From: Trichosphaerium sp. ATCC 40318 | Lineage: Eukaryota > Protista > Tubulinea | Direction of reading: 5' to 3' | Length of the DNA stretch: 64,000 nt | NCBI GenBank assembly: GCA_038496445.1 | Contig: JALMLS010000343.1 | Coordinates: 1-64,000 of the forward strand | Shown here: one piece after another, positions 11,459-24,459 of the stretch | Numbering within the stretch: position 1 is the stretch's first letter | Layout of the letters: every line of letters starts with the position of its first letter | The notes under the pieces: generated by a model | The model's input: only the letters and a program-made list of their open reading frames with translations | Databases searched by the model: none | What the model was told of the DNA's origin: nothing | Program-made: the position numbers and the translations under genes

Positions 11459-12631
11459 TTAATACATGGAACACTCGAGGGAAGTTAACGGAGATAATTG
11501 GCAAGATAATTGTTTGTTAAGCTCTTTGAGAGATTCACTTTTAATGCTAATTTTGATTTCAGCTTCAAAGGAAGCGCCTTCTTGTTGAACAACGTCAACT
11601 ACTCGTTGCAGTGCTTGGTCCAACTCGCTTCCATTGTTACCGTATATTGTTAGAATAGTGGAAGACATCTCAGTGTTGTGTATGGAAGGCATCGTGTGAT
11701 CGCTAGTGCAGCGTTCTAGTTTTAGCATTTGTCCGAAAAACATTAGCTCCTCAACAGCCAAAAGACGGTCTTGGAGCTCGTCAGTTCTAAGAGAGACGAT
11801 CCCATAGTTTTCGTGAATATCTACAGCTGTAACGGGGTTTTCTTCGTTTGGTAAGGCTTCCTCTACAAGCTGTTGTAGTTGGTCGCTGTCAACGCCAGAC
11901 ATGAGTTTAGAGACTTTTACCAGATATTGTGGCATTGGTGTAGGTGGTAGGCTGCCCGAATTACTGAACCTCGCAGGACTTCTGCTTATGCTTATGCTTC
12001 TACTCCTACTTCGCCTCCTTGATATGCTCCTGCTTCTACTTCTCCACCGTTGGTAACGAACTGGGCTTCTACTCACTCGACGGATTGGGCTTCGACTCAC
12101 TCGGCGGATTGGGCTTCTGCTCACTCGGCGGATTGGGCTTCTACTCGCTCGGCGGATTGGGCTTCTACTCACTCGGCGGATTGGGCTTCTACCTGCTCGG
12201 CGGACTGGGCTTCTGCTCGTTCGGCGGGCTGGGACGGTATTGTAATTTCTGTACGCTACGCGTTGAGCGATATTGCGGCTTGGAGAAGCTGATCGAGACT
12301 GTGAAGAATAGCTTCTACTGGAGCTTCTAGAGCTACTGTAACGGCTTTTGCGGTATACTCGGCGACGTTTGGCGTCTGGACTTCGTGAGCGGCTAGGAGA
12401 GCGCGCTCGTTTCTTTTCTCGTGTGAATTCGACATTTAGTTCTCTCCCATAAAAGTTTGTGCCGTTTAATGATTCAAGAGCTTTGGAGGCGTTGTCTTTA
12501 CTCTCGTAAGTGACAAACGCGAAGCAGTTCTTTAAATCAAAACGTTTTAACGGCCCAAATGGTGTGAATAGGTCGCGTAGTTCGTCCTTATATTTAGACG
12601 CGTTATTAGGCAATTGGCCGACGAATAACAT
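11459..12631 (-). CDS. RRM + RS-rich (SR-like) RNA-binding protein with a probable second degenerate RRM
   Basis: LFVGQL..FAFVTYE..ALESLNGTNFYGRELNVEF (RNP2/RNP1), then RSPSRSRS tracts. Confidence 0.85.
   Translation of the reverse strand: MLFVGQLPNNASKYKDELRDLFTPFGPLKRFDLKNCFAFVTYESKDNASKALESLNGTNFYGRELNVEFTREKKRARSPSRSRSPDAKRRRVYRKSRYSSSRSSSRSYSSQSRSASPSRNIAQRVAYRNYNTVPARRTSRSPVRRAGRSPIRRVSRSPIRRASRSPIRRVSRSPIRRVSRSPIRRVSRSPVRYQRWRSRSRSISRRRSRSRSISISRSPARFSNSGSLPPTPMPQYLVKVSKLMSGVDSDQLQQLVEEALPNEENPVTAVDIHENYGIVSLRTDELQDRLLAVEELMFFGQMLKLERCTSDHTMPSIHNTEMSSTILTIYGNNGSELDQALQRVVDVVQQEGASFEAEIKISIKSESLKELNKQLSCQLSPLTSLECSMY
12056..12232 (-). repeat. 24-bp coding tandem repeat (RRxSRSPI/V, ~7 copies)
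   Basis: Repeated ggattgggcttctactcactcggc units within the RS domain. Confidence 0.9.
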
Positions 12632-13294
12632 GCTTTCCAACTGGTGGTTGCGAGCTAGCTGTGTTTTTATTCGTGAAATATGTTTGTTGACTTAAGTGGA
12701 TGACTATTCTTTTCGCATTCGGTGTTGCTTTGATAAGGCTCACTTTTCTCATCCCTAAAGCAACTCTTAGAACAATGAATGATACGGTAGATTTAAGTTG
12801 ACAAAACAACAGAAAACTCAAGCAGTTTTCTCTATTATGTGAATTTACGCAGTTTCTGACAAATAAAACATCAATTATTCTGTTCGATTCTGTTACGGTA
12901 AGACGCAATGTTTAGTTAGTTTATGCAGCCACATGATCTCCCAAGAAATACTTACCAATCCTACTCTGAGAGGGTTTGACTGGCTATGTGTAAAACGTTT
13001 GTGGTGAAAGTATTATTGTTTGAAATGCTACAAGTAGGGTTTGTCGGTAAATTTTCCGAGAGCGAAAGCGAGATTTGGTTGGTTTGGTAGTATGTTAACC
13101 AGCCTCAGCACTTGTACAGCCATTCAAGCAAAGATTTTACAATGGTTTTTCACTATTTATTTTTTGTTTAGCACTTTTCTGCATGGTGCGTTGTTATTAA
13201 AAAATCGCTTGTAGAAAATTTGGCAAGTCCACAGTTCATTATTTTAGGTCGAATTAATCTAAAACAGTGTTAGCTTGTTAAACAATATTTTGTG

Positions 13295-15850
13295 TTAAGG
13301 TACTCTTTCATAGCCGTCTGATTTGCCGCCGAAGAAGCAACAACAGTATACTAACAACATCACAATAACAATCGCAAAAATTATACCGAGGACAATACCG
13401 GCAATAGCGCCAGCACTTAGAGATTTGGCTAACAAAAGTAGTTAAAAAGGATAATCACTTTCAAAAATTGTGTAAGCAAGCGTACATGTAGGTGCTGTAG
13501 TTGGCACCTCGGTGGTAGGTGCCAGAGTAGGTGGATGTATGGGTGCGATTGGCGGTTGAACTGTTGGAGCAACTGGTTGTATTGGCGCTACAGGTTCGGT
13601 TGTAGGTGTTGTTGGAGCAACTGGCAATGTCGGAGTAGTTGGTTCAACTGGTGTTTCTGTTGGAGCAACTGGTTGTATTGGAGCTACAGGTTCGGTTGGT
13701 GTTGTTGGTGCGATTGGTGGTTGAGCTGTTGGGGAGGAAGGTGCGGTTGGTGCGATTGGGGGTTGAGCTGTTGGGGAGGAAGGTGCTGTTGGTGCGATTG
13801 GGGGTTGAGTTGTTGGGGCAACTGGTTGTGTTGGAGCTACAGGTTCGGTTGGTACTTCTGTAGGTGTTGTTGGAGCAACTGGTGATTGTGTAGTTGGAGC
13901 AATTGGCAATGTCGGAGTAGTTGGTTCAACTGGTGTTTCTGTTGGAGCAACTGGTTGTATTGGAGCTACAGGTTCGGTTGGTACTTCTGTAGGTGTTGTT
14001 GGAGCAACTGGTGATTGTGTAGTTGGAGCAATTGGCAATGTCGGAGTAGTTGGTTCGACTGGTGTTTCTGTTGGAGCAACTGGCTGTGTTGGAGTGGTTG
14101 GTTGAGCTGGTACTGATGTTGGAGAGACCGGGGATACAGGTTCAACTGGAGTTGGTGAGGTTGGTACCGATGGTGAAGTTGGTGTGGATGGAGCGACCGG
14201 AGCAATAGGAGAAGCACTTGGAGCAGTTGGAGATGTTGGAGTACTTGGGGCAATTGGTTCTGCTGGTGATACCGGTACTATTGATGGTGACGTAGGTGTT
14301 CCAGGGGATATTGGTGCACTAGGGGACGATGGTACTATAGGAATAGGCGCAGTGGGGGATGCTGGGATGGCGGTTGGTGAAATGGGTGCCACGGGTGTTG
14401 AAGATGGTGCTGTTGGGGTTGCAGGTGCAGATGGACCAACGGGCTCTTGAGTAGGTGCGACAGGTGCTACTGGTGCGCTGGTTGGAGCAACAGGAGCCAT
14501 AGGAACAGCAGTTGGAGCCACGGGAGCTACAGGAGCCACAGGGGTAGCTGGAGCGTTAGGTGCGGTTGGTGCGGTTGGTGCAACGGGTATCAGAGTGGGT
14601 GCAACAGGAGCTACAGGAGCCACAGGAACGGCAGTTGGAGCTACAGGGGCCACAGGAGCAGCGGTCGGTGCGACAGGAGCCACAGGCATCTGAGTAGGGG
14701 TGACAGGTGCCACTGGCACGCTAGTAGGCGCAACAGGAGCCACGGGAACATCAGTTGGCGCGACTGGAATAACGGTTGGCGCCACGGGCATCTGAGTAGG
14801 AGCGACAGGTGCTACAGGAATCTGAGTAGGTGCAACAGGAGCTACTGGTGCGTTGGATGGAGCAACAGGCGCCACAGGAACAGCAGTTGGGGCCACAGGA
14901 GCCACAGGGGCACTGGTTGGAGCCACAGGAGCCACAGGAATCTGAGTAGGTGCAACAGGTGCTACAGGAATACCAGTTGGAGCCACAGGAGCCACAGGAA
15001 CGGCAGTTGGAGCCACAGGAGCCACAGGGGTAGCGGTTGGAGCAATAGGCGCCTGGGTAGGAGCTACAGGAGCACTAGTTGGCGCAACAGGTGCTACAGG
15101 GACGGCAGTTGGAGCCACAGGAATCATGGTAGGCGCTACAGGAATCGCAGTTGGAGCCACAGGAACCATAGTTGGTGAGACTGGGGTAGCAGTAGGAGCT
15201 ACAGGAGCCACAGGAACGGCAGTTGGAGCTACAGGAGCTACTGGTGCAGTAGTAGGTGCAACAGGAGCCACAGGAACGGCAGTTGGAGCTACAGGAGCCA
15301 CAGGGGCAGCGGTTGGAGCCACAGGGGCAGCAGTTGGAGCAATAGGTGCCTGGGTAGGAGCCACAGGAGCCACAGGAGCAGCGGTTGGAGCTACAGGAGC
15401 CACAGGTGTAGCAGTTGGAGCTACAGGAGCCACAGGGGCAGCGGTTGGAGCTACAGGAGCTACTGGTGCAGTAGTAGGTGCGACAGGAGCCACAGGAACA
15501 TCAGTTGGCGCGACTGGAATGACGGTTGGCGCCACGGGCATCTGAGTAGGAGTGACAGGTGCGACAGGTGCAGTAGTAGGTGCGACAGGTGCGACAGGCG
15601 CCACAGGGACAGCGGTTGGAGCCACAGGGGCAGCAGTTGGAGCAATAGGCGCCTGGGTAGGAGCTACAGGAGCGCTAGTTGGCGCAACAGGAGAAGTTGG
15701 CGCAACCGTAGTTGGGGAAACTGTGGGTACTGTGTCGTTAGCACCTAGGAGACAGTTAACTAAATGACAAGACCAAAAAAAAAGAGGCCATACCACCACA
15801 CCAAAATTCTGGGTTTGGAATGCAAAAACTACAATGAATCTCTCCTAATT
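13295..15850 (-). CDS. Mucin-like Pro/Thr/Val/Ala-rich type I membrane protein (5' exons unresolved)
   Basis: About 750 aa of PVAPT repeats; spliced last exon [42 protein letters not shown] (TM, Cys cluster, YxxV); upstream Cys-containing exon [14 protein letters not shown]. Confidence 0.8.
13500..15725 (-). repeat. Coding repeats ([13 protein letters not shown] units plus larger duplicated [25 protein letters not shown] blocks)
   Basis: Periodic ggagccacag/ggagctacag motifs. Confidence 0.9.
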
Positions 15851-16912
15851 GATTACAATCTGTGTGGACTACGCAAGGGTATCCGCACTCGAGACCTGAA
15901 GATACAATTAGAGCGGAGAAACGTAATTTAAGCTAAATTCCGTTTACGTGGTGACTTTGATACGAAAAACGTGATAAAAAAAGAGAAACAACATAGAAAC
16001 GCTCGCTGGCGAACACGAGCACGTGATAAAGTTTCGTACCGAGAGAGCAAACATTTTCAAAGCACCTACTACACTTTTTGTCTGCGCAATCACCATTATT
16101 TTGACACGGGCCTCTTTTATACGTTAGGCGTTAGTGTTGAGAACGCAGATAGAGGTTTAGGTTTTTAAAGAAAAACTATTGGGGCGCGTACCCACATCCA
16201 GATTGACCTAATGTGTTATAAACCAGGCATAGGGCGAGAAAAAGAAGTATTGACGCGGATCTTATTGCCATTTTCGAAATGTCGTGATGCCTAACCGACT
16301 TTTCCGCAAGTATAATAGTTTTTTTTTCTGTGGCTTAGCTGTGAGTCTTTTTTGGAATAAGGAGCGCATATTTTGTGTTGAACAAATAGGGCGACTTTAA
16401 ACTGTGCCGAGTTGGTTACCGCCCGCAACTTGTACATGTTCATGCTTGCTTCATCGTAATGTTTTGTGTGAACTCGCCCAAAATGCGAAGACTCATAGCA
16501 CTCACTGGTATGCGCATTCCTCTCGGAGTCGATCTTTTTGACACTTATCACGAAAAGTCTTCATGTTTATAAACCGCATTTTTGAGTGTATAATGATGCT
16601 CGCAACGTTTTAAGCAAAGGTTACGCGATAACCTTACGTCGATTGGGCGAAGTTAACACGTGGCATCCTTTTATAGCGTATTTGTTTGTTACGCACAACC
16701 AGAACTTATTTTATGCATATAATTACTGCCTAAAAGCTCGAAAAAGGGTTTAAACACTTGCTAGCACAAAACGTGTAGAAATAGGTCATTATTCAGACAT
16801 TCGACTATTTTCTTGGGCAGAGGCGTGTTAAAGTGCGCGTTATAACAAACAAGATCCCAAATATATGGTTTGTGTTGCAAGTTAATTCCACTGCGCATAA
16901 TGTTTGTTATGA

Positions 16913-19900
16913 CATGTCCATGGACGAACGAGCCAGTGTGCTGCTACTCCTGTATTCATTTAACGTCAAAACAGGATCGTTGGCTTTGCTATGCAAAAGC
17001 CTACAGAAAATTTGTACAAGTAGTGAAAAGCAAATATTGTTTATTTGAAACTCGACGTAAGCTCTAAATAGGTGTCATAGACTCTTTTTCGAAGTGGTTC
17101 TACGCGATTAAGGTAGAATTTGAGTGCTAATCTGACATTTTACAACCAGTACGAAGTATTTGAGCAATTTCTATCGCAATGGGTACCGCATAAATTTGTA
17201 CGAAGCTACGTGATTAACGCCGTTAAAAAGCCAGCCACAAAAGTAAAAAAAATAGTAGACTGCGTAACAAGCATCCACAGTACGAATTTGGCGTCGTCAC
17301 ACAATTTTAACTCAACAAAAAACAGGTTGAGTGGCAGACAAGTTTTGTGGGTAAACGCAAAGCCTCTACCACTAGAAGTACGTCCTAGGCCAAAATTTGT
17401 TACTTTGTAACGTTGACAACCTCCTGCCAAAATGCTAATTTCCATCAAAGTGCCTTCTATGTCCTTTCATTCCTGCGTACACTTGCCCAAAACAGTACGT
17501 GTAGTTACATATCGTGTACCTAACACGAATAGGGAGCAATGCCCGTTTTCTCACACTCCAGAAGACCGAGAGGAGGTGTTTAAGGGATGGTTGCAAAAGC
17601 AAAAATTTAAAGATTTGAAAAAGCAAACACCACCAACCGCCAATGTTTCAGAACTGAACAATGCTGTGTCAAAGCTACAAATAAACAATATTCAATCGAC
17701 ACCTACAGCATATGCGCCTCCAAATTCTACGGCAGCACCACAACAAGCTGATTCTAATGGAAGCCGAGAGATGGACTCATTTATTCAAAAGGTATAAAGT
17801 CAGAGTTACATGGAACACTCTACCCAGACGTTAACTACCCTTTTTTTTGTAGCTTGCACATTTGATTGTCAATAAACCAAAGGCCCTTCAAGAAAACTTT
17901 CCAAGCATTAAAATACACCGTGCTGATTTTGGCACCGTACAGCCTTCCCGATCTGAAGACAAGAAAGTTCATTCAAGGTTATATACAGAGTTTACAGTCT
18001 ATACAAGCGTTAACATCCATTCACTAGGTTCATTAAGATTTCTAATACTGACAATAAGCATCACAATTTGTCACAAATTATAATGGTACGTATACACTTT
18101 ATTTTCCATGTTGTAAATAACCTCGTGTCGTAGTTTCCCTTCACACGAGAGTTTGTATTTTACAAAGGTGGCACAATCCTTACAAAATCAAAAATAACGA
18201 ACTTGTCTGCTACTAATCAAGTAGTATTATATGCTGGCACAGAAAACACAGAATTAGAACTGAAATTCATGGCAGGTGAGTCAGCACTGATAGTTAGTAA
18301 TTTACTAATAAATACGAAGGAACTGAATTTGGCATTTCAAGTTGCTGGATAATTTTTGTATTTGACAACCGAAATATATGTATTGGCAAGCGCTTTGAAG
18401 CTGTTGTTGCTCCTATTGATGGAATGAAAGTTCTAAATCCATTTGTACAACCATTTTTTCCAAAACATATGCGCCACTGCTTCGAACAGGCACGTTATAT
18501 CTGCTTCACCACATTTCCCTCATAAATAGTTAAGCGTCCAATGAATCAATATCATGGACTTCCACCTCAAGGACCCACAGCGCGCCTAAAGCGACCACTG
18601 GCATTCTACAACGTGTCTGGAAATAGCCACGAAGTAATTCTATATCTAGCATTTACTTTCTAATTTGCTCGTAAGGTTATTAAAGATATAATGACACGGA
18701 CATTATCACAGCCGCAGTTAAACATAAAACAAGATGATATTCATGCCCTTGGCATGCCCAAAACATTGTCTTCTTGGATGGACTACAGGTAGTTAGTTGA
18801 TGGTACCTATACCCTTATTTATGTTAACATAGACGTGTGTTTTCTACACTTCTGTACGTTGAAGAAGTACAAATGCAGGAGGATATCAGAATGTACGATT
18901 TGTACAATATAACGCTGCAACGACCGAGAGAAAAGAGCGTCCTGGATGGACTAGACAACAACATAATCAAACATTTATTCTACATTGTTGTACCAGGGTT
19001 ACCACAAAAGAGACCAGAACTGATGTACAGGGATCATGTTGTTCTGCGTCCTGCAGCGGCACCAAGTGGATTCGAATTCATTGGCTTTATATACTACGTT
19101 AGTTTGCTACACATAATATACACTGACCACTGCCGTAGACAAAACAAAATCGCGTATTGGTGCACCTGCCAATTTCGCAACAATTTTTAAATACTTACCA
19201 ACGCTTTCACGTGCGTTTTACATTCAACCGCGATAAACTGAGGTAATATCTACCCACGAAGAACTCTACACATTAACTTACTAAATAGGTGGATGCATCA
19301 AGCTTTGGATAGCTCCACTTGGTCGCCAATGCAAGTTGAAGAGATGCTTCAAAGATTATTTCCAAAGTATGCTCATTGTTGGCCTAAGTATTTCTAAGTA
19401 TTGTAGTCCAGCAGATGTTGCACCGAGCCCTCGCGCAGCTGTTACATTCCAGTCTCTACAGCCGTTTAACAAGGATCTAAACAGCGATCAAAAACAGGCA
19501 GTGTTGAACATACTAAACAAAACGTCTGGAATAGTACCATACATAATCTTTGGACCGCCTGGTACTGGCAAAACGTATGGCTAGTTTCAAGGTTTGCCTC
19601 TTACTATTTACAAGGTTGACAATAATAGAAGCCATCTTGCAAATTATTAAGCGTAATGCACGACCTAAAATTTTAGCATGTGGTCCTTCAAATGGTAACG
19701 TAGGTTATTGTACCAAAAACTTACTTCTCCTGTTTAGGCTCTGCAGATATAATTGCTTCCCGTTTAGCTGAAGTGGGGCTAAAAGCTGGCGCATTGCTGA
19801 GGCTTAACTCATTCCAACGCACCACAGCAGAACTAATGACACCTAAGCTACTAAATCTCTGGTATGGTCTGTTCTTAAAAAACTTGTACTAACAGTGAAA

Positions 19901-21453
19901 CGCAGCCATTACCACCCAGGCGGTAGCTTCTTTGATATACCTCCAGAAGAGGTGTTGAATTCGAAGCAGGTTATTGTGACAACATGTGCAAGCGCCGGTC
20001 TACTGGTCAATCTTCCTATCCTGAGAGGACAATTCACACATATTTTTATTGATGAGTCCGTGCAAGCTCTCGAACCAGAGTGTATAATCCCATTGGAGTT
20101 AGCTGGCCCAAATACACAAGTACGCAGCATTAATACACGTAATATATTGTTTTGACGGTAATTGGTAGGTTGTGTTAGCTGGAGATCACATGCAACTCGG
20201 TCCAATAGTGCGCTCGCCAATAGCGATAGAACTAGGATTGGAAGTTAGTCTACAAGAGCGCCTCATTAAAACTGCAGCCTATCAACAAGTACAATATTAT
20301 TTGTTACTTTAGCGCTAATATTAGCAACTAGGACAGCACAAAGCGCCATTGTATAACTAAATTACGGAGTACGTTAGCCATGATTCCAGAGCTTTTTACT
20401 AATTTAATATTTTCCAGGAAACTACAGATCACATCCCGTCATTGCACAAGTTCCCTCAGCACTATTCTATAATGTACACAATTATCGATCATATATTATC
20501 TAAGTACTAACATGTAATGTTTCAGAATGAACTCATCAATGTGGGTAACCCTAATACATCTGAAGCACTGAGAGACTGGGAAGAACTCAAGGATTCTAAT
20601 GGCTACCCTATTTTGTTTTATGGTGTAAAAGGTGTAGATAAGCGAGATGATGACAGTCCCTCATTTTACAACCCTCTCGAGTGTATTAAGATAGCGGATG
20701 TTGTAGAGCGTCTGCTACAGAGCAAAACAATCGATGTCAAAACAAGCGATATTGGAGTAGGCTTTTTTTCTTTTTCGATCGTGGTTCCTTACTTCTATTG
20801 CACTAGATCATTGCACCTTTCTATAAACAAGTTAGAAAGATACGTGAACTTCTACGCCAACATCAACTTGGTGCTGTCCGAGTTGGTAGCGTGGAGGACT
20901 ACCAAGGTACTGGCGCTAGTTTTTTGAAAACTTTTTTGTAAAGAATTGTTTTTTTAGGTCAAGAAGAAAAAGTGATTATCATATCAACAGTTAGGTCTAA
21001 TGATAGATGGCTTCCTCTCGATTTTAAACAAAAACTTGGATTGATTAATAACCCAAAAAGATTTAACGTAGCCATAACGCGTGCGAAGAACTTGTTGATT
21101 GTTATTGGCAATCCGGCAATCCTTGAAAACGTATACAGATTTTTATTCTATTTTATGACTTGCGTATTTGGCTAACTTATCGCCCAGGATATGTGCTGGC
21201 GACAGTTCCTTCAGTCATGTATTCAAAACAACGCCTACAAAGGTCCTGAGTTTACGTTCTCAAATATGAATGCAGAAGGTCCACCATATTTAACTCGTCT
21301 TTATTCATAGCGCTAACCTTTGGAATAGAAGTCACCATTGAAGAAATTGACCAAAAGGCGAATTGGGGAACACTTGGCGCAGGGTTAGATATGACAGAGG
21401 AATACTATGGCGGTATTAATTGGGCTGAGAAAGAGTGGCGCATAGATGTGTAA
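16913..21453 (+). CDS. MOV10/SDE3/Armitage-like SF1B RNA helicase, multi-exon (start uncertain)
   Basis: [15 protein letters not shown]; VPGLPQKRP; [13 protein letters not shown]; HIFIDES.QALEPE; [10 protein letters not shown]; NYRSHP; SPSFYNPLE; VEDYQGQE; [10 protein letters not shown]; ends EKEWRIDV*. Confidence 0.9.
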
Positions 21454-21979
21454 ATGACTAATTGGACTAAGACTTATTTATTGATCAATTTAAGTTCTAT
21501 GAGCGTACAGGTGGCTGTTGTGAATAGAATAAAAGCATTAACTGCTTGAAACTTGAGTTGTATTCCTCATGGATTTATTGTGCAAGACTGAAAGAAAAAT
21601 AGGTGCTGAGTTGCTAAAAAAACGCTAAAGGAATAGGTTTAGTTGGACGTGCCTCACGCTAATGATTTAGGTCACTTGCCGTATAGTTCAGACAGATCTC
21701 TAGCGCCGAGCTCACAATGAGAATAGCAACAGTTGACTATGTTGGTAGAGAAGTCTAGTCCTGTCTAGTTTTCAAGCAACATAAAATCTGCATTCTAGAT
21801 GAATTGTTATATTTTGCTTACTTCCACTCATACCTGTAATGTAAACTTGCACATCTTCGAGGACTTGTCAAGTTCCTGTGTAAGGGTGCTTCAGTGAATG
21901 GTGGTGGCCTGATAAAATTCAACACAAACTGCAGTTACAGCGTGTCCATTTTTTTTAATTTTTTTGTCAAAACTCAACC

Positions 21980-22760
21980 ATGGCTTATATTAATCCAGGT
22001 AAACGAAATTTAACAAGTAATTTTCTTCTTATGTTTGTTTTAAGCTGAAACCCGCTTTACGACACCAAGCAATCTGCCTATGTATGAATCAATCGAAGAA
22101 AGAGTGATACACTCGAACGTTCGTTTGTAAAAAGAACGCACGTGTTTATGTGGTATAGCTTACGAACGGTTTATTTTAGCGTGCGTTGGAGGCGAATCTT
22201 GACAACCATTACGAAAAAGATGAAAAAGAATTCTCGCTTGACAAAATTGACTTGGACGCAGTGGGTGTAATTGGCTCACCGGTGCAGCGCATCGTGTACC
22301 ATCAAGAACAAGATGACTGGTCAAGCAACATGTCTTCCGATGATATATTAACCAAACGTGCGCTTGAGTGTTGCTACTCTCTATACTAATGACTAATTGA
22401 TAGCCGACCTTGCAAACTTGATAGAGAAGTGCAAGCAAGACAAAACTTTCGCTCCCAAAAATTTCGTTCCCAATAGAGAAAAGATCAAGCAATCGAGGGC
22501 AGTAAGTGTGCGCGGAAGGCAAAAAGCAGTCGAAAGTGCTAAATATATCCAAATACCTGCTCCAGAAGAAGACAGACAAGTCCTTGCCGACAAGCTAGTA
22601 GTCCTCTTGACTTGTCACAGAGACAATAGAACGTATGCCACCAAGTTAAATGACATTCTGTATAACCTACACGGCTAGCCCAAAATCAAAAAAAAAGAAG
22701 AAGAAAGATACAAAGAAGGAGAAGAAGCATGACGAAAGCGTTGATGTAGCTCCCATGTAA
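21980..22760 (+). CDS. Hypothetical protein with Lys-rich C-terminus, multi-exon
   Basis: ATG at 21980 then GT-AG-bounded open exons (ORF pieces 22186-22389, 22397-22678) ending PKSKKKKKKDTKKEKKHDESVDVAPM*. Confidence 0.5.
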
Positions 22761-22897
22761 GGTTTTTGAATGATCACATTTAAAAAAATTAAAATCAATT
22801 CGCGAAAATTACCAAAAAATCACGTGATTTTTCTTTGAGTTTTTTTTTTTTCCACTAACGTGCCCAAAGCGTTGCAGTATTCGATACACAAAAATTA

Positions 22898-23503
22898 ATG
22901 GATGGAAAGGCTGTGCTGATAGATAGTGGGAATAAGGGTGACGACGTAGCAAGTTTCAAGATTTCTCCGTATGACAAATATTGGATGATTCAAGCACGAT
23001 TTTTTGGATTGGCACACAACAAGTACGTTTTTACAATCAATTTTCTTAGAATTGTACTAAGTTAGATTCCCAGTAATTCGGAGTATGCATTACATATTGT
23101 TCGGTGCACACAACGGTCTGATGGTGTCCACTGTAGATATGTGTTTCGCCAGATTTATCAAGTAGTAACGCACAGGGTCAAACGCAACAATAATTCATCG
23201 AAGAAAAGAAAGTGTACCTCTTCTACCACTCAAAATACCCAGCCGTCCAAAAAGCGTAGGCAAGATTGCAAGGTTACTGAGTTACCTCCTACAACTTCCA
23301 TCAGCTTTCCTGGAGTTATCCCACTTCCACCTCGCACTATAGATCTAGATTTGAGTTTAGATTATTCAGAGCTAGATCTGGATCCTTTCGGCTCTTGTCC
23401 GACAAGCCCAGTAAGCTCAGAAGGGAGTTTGTCGGACTCACTATCGTACAGCGAGGACATAGAGTACTTTGTCGATAATGCATTCAAGGTAGATCTAAGT
23501 TAA
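22898..23503 (+). CDS. Hypothetical protein with NLS-like basic motifs and an acidic Ser-rich tail
   Basis: MDGKAVLIDSGNKG.. exon, intron, then KKRKC..KKRRQ..DLDLSLDYSELD. Confidence 0.5.
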
Positions 23504-24459
23504 GGCGATGTCCTCAATGTACCACTATCAAATATATAGATATTCTTTTTCAGTCTTTACTCACTGGACGATTGTAAGTCCTACACAAGAATATCACTGC
23601 ACCTAATACAACATGATCGAGTACACTCGATGTTGAATTATTGTACACCAAGTTGAAGCGTTATAGGTTTTTAACAAAGTTGGAAAGGAGTTTCTTATTC
23701 TACATTTTTTTTTACAGTATGTACAAGTTTTTTTGTTTTGTAGTGCAGGGTTTTTGAATCAAAAGTTATTCTGTACAACGCTGCTAAAGCTCTTATATTG
23801 CTTTTGTAAAAAATCACCTGTTCCCTTAGCAACGCGTCCTACAACACCAGCTCCAAAGTTAGGCCTTGCTCCAACAACAGCACCACTGAAACCTAAGGAA
23901 AGAATAAACCAACAAATTCCAACTTTAGGCTTTTGTGTAAACCATACCCGAAACAAGCATTTCCCTCAAGACACCTTTGTACTTGTAATTTGCCATAAAA
24001 ACCGGTAGTAACACAAGATACGATTCAACGGCAGTACATTCAGTACCAATCTCTATACCAGAAACTGCACTACAAGAGTGCAACTTACGAATTTGAGAAC
24101 CAACATCACGCTTCTCAATGAGAGAAATCAACCTCTTTTTAAAGTCAAAAGCAGCAGACTCTGTGACTTCAACATCTTGTAATAGAATACATTAGATAAC
24201 AACACAAAATAAAAGAGCGTAAATAATAGCATACCAAGTAATTCATCGTTCTCGTGATCATGTAAACTGAAATGTTGTACTGCGCTTGGTAGTATCCTAG
24301 TGCTAATTTCATAATGAAAGGCATTTTTTGCTAAACTCGTGTTTAACAAAAGGTGTTTATTATCAAAACAGTTTGTTTTCTATCGCAACTTTCTTTTACC
24401 AGCTAGTTAGAAAAAACGTACTGAGTATAAGGTTTTGAAGGTGTAGCAGATTTATTGAT

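Noticed and set aside
12019-12330. Plus-strand repetitive ORFs (LGGLGFYS / STHSADWA) and a CRISPR-like look
   Set aside because: These are antisense shadows of the RS-repeat CDS; the repeats are contiguous with no unique spacers
12946-12955. ATACTTACC resembling the U1 snRNA 5' end
   Set aside because: No U1 stem-loop I/II loop sequences follow; it is equally the reverse complement of a GGTAAGTAT splice donor
13535-15767. Plus-strand GAT/VGA-repeat ORFs resembling collagen-like or antifreeze proteins
   Set aside because: Antisense of the PVAPT mucin CDS, which has the long uninterrupted frame and the TM exon
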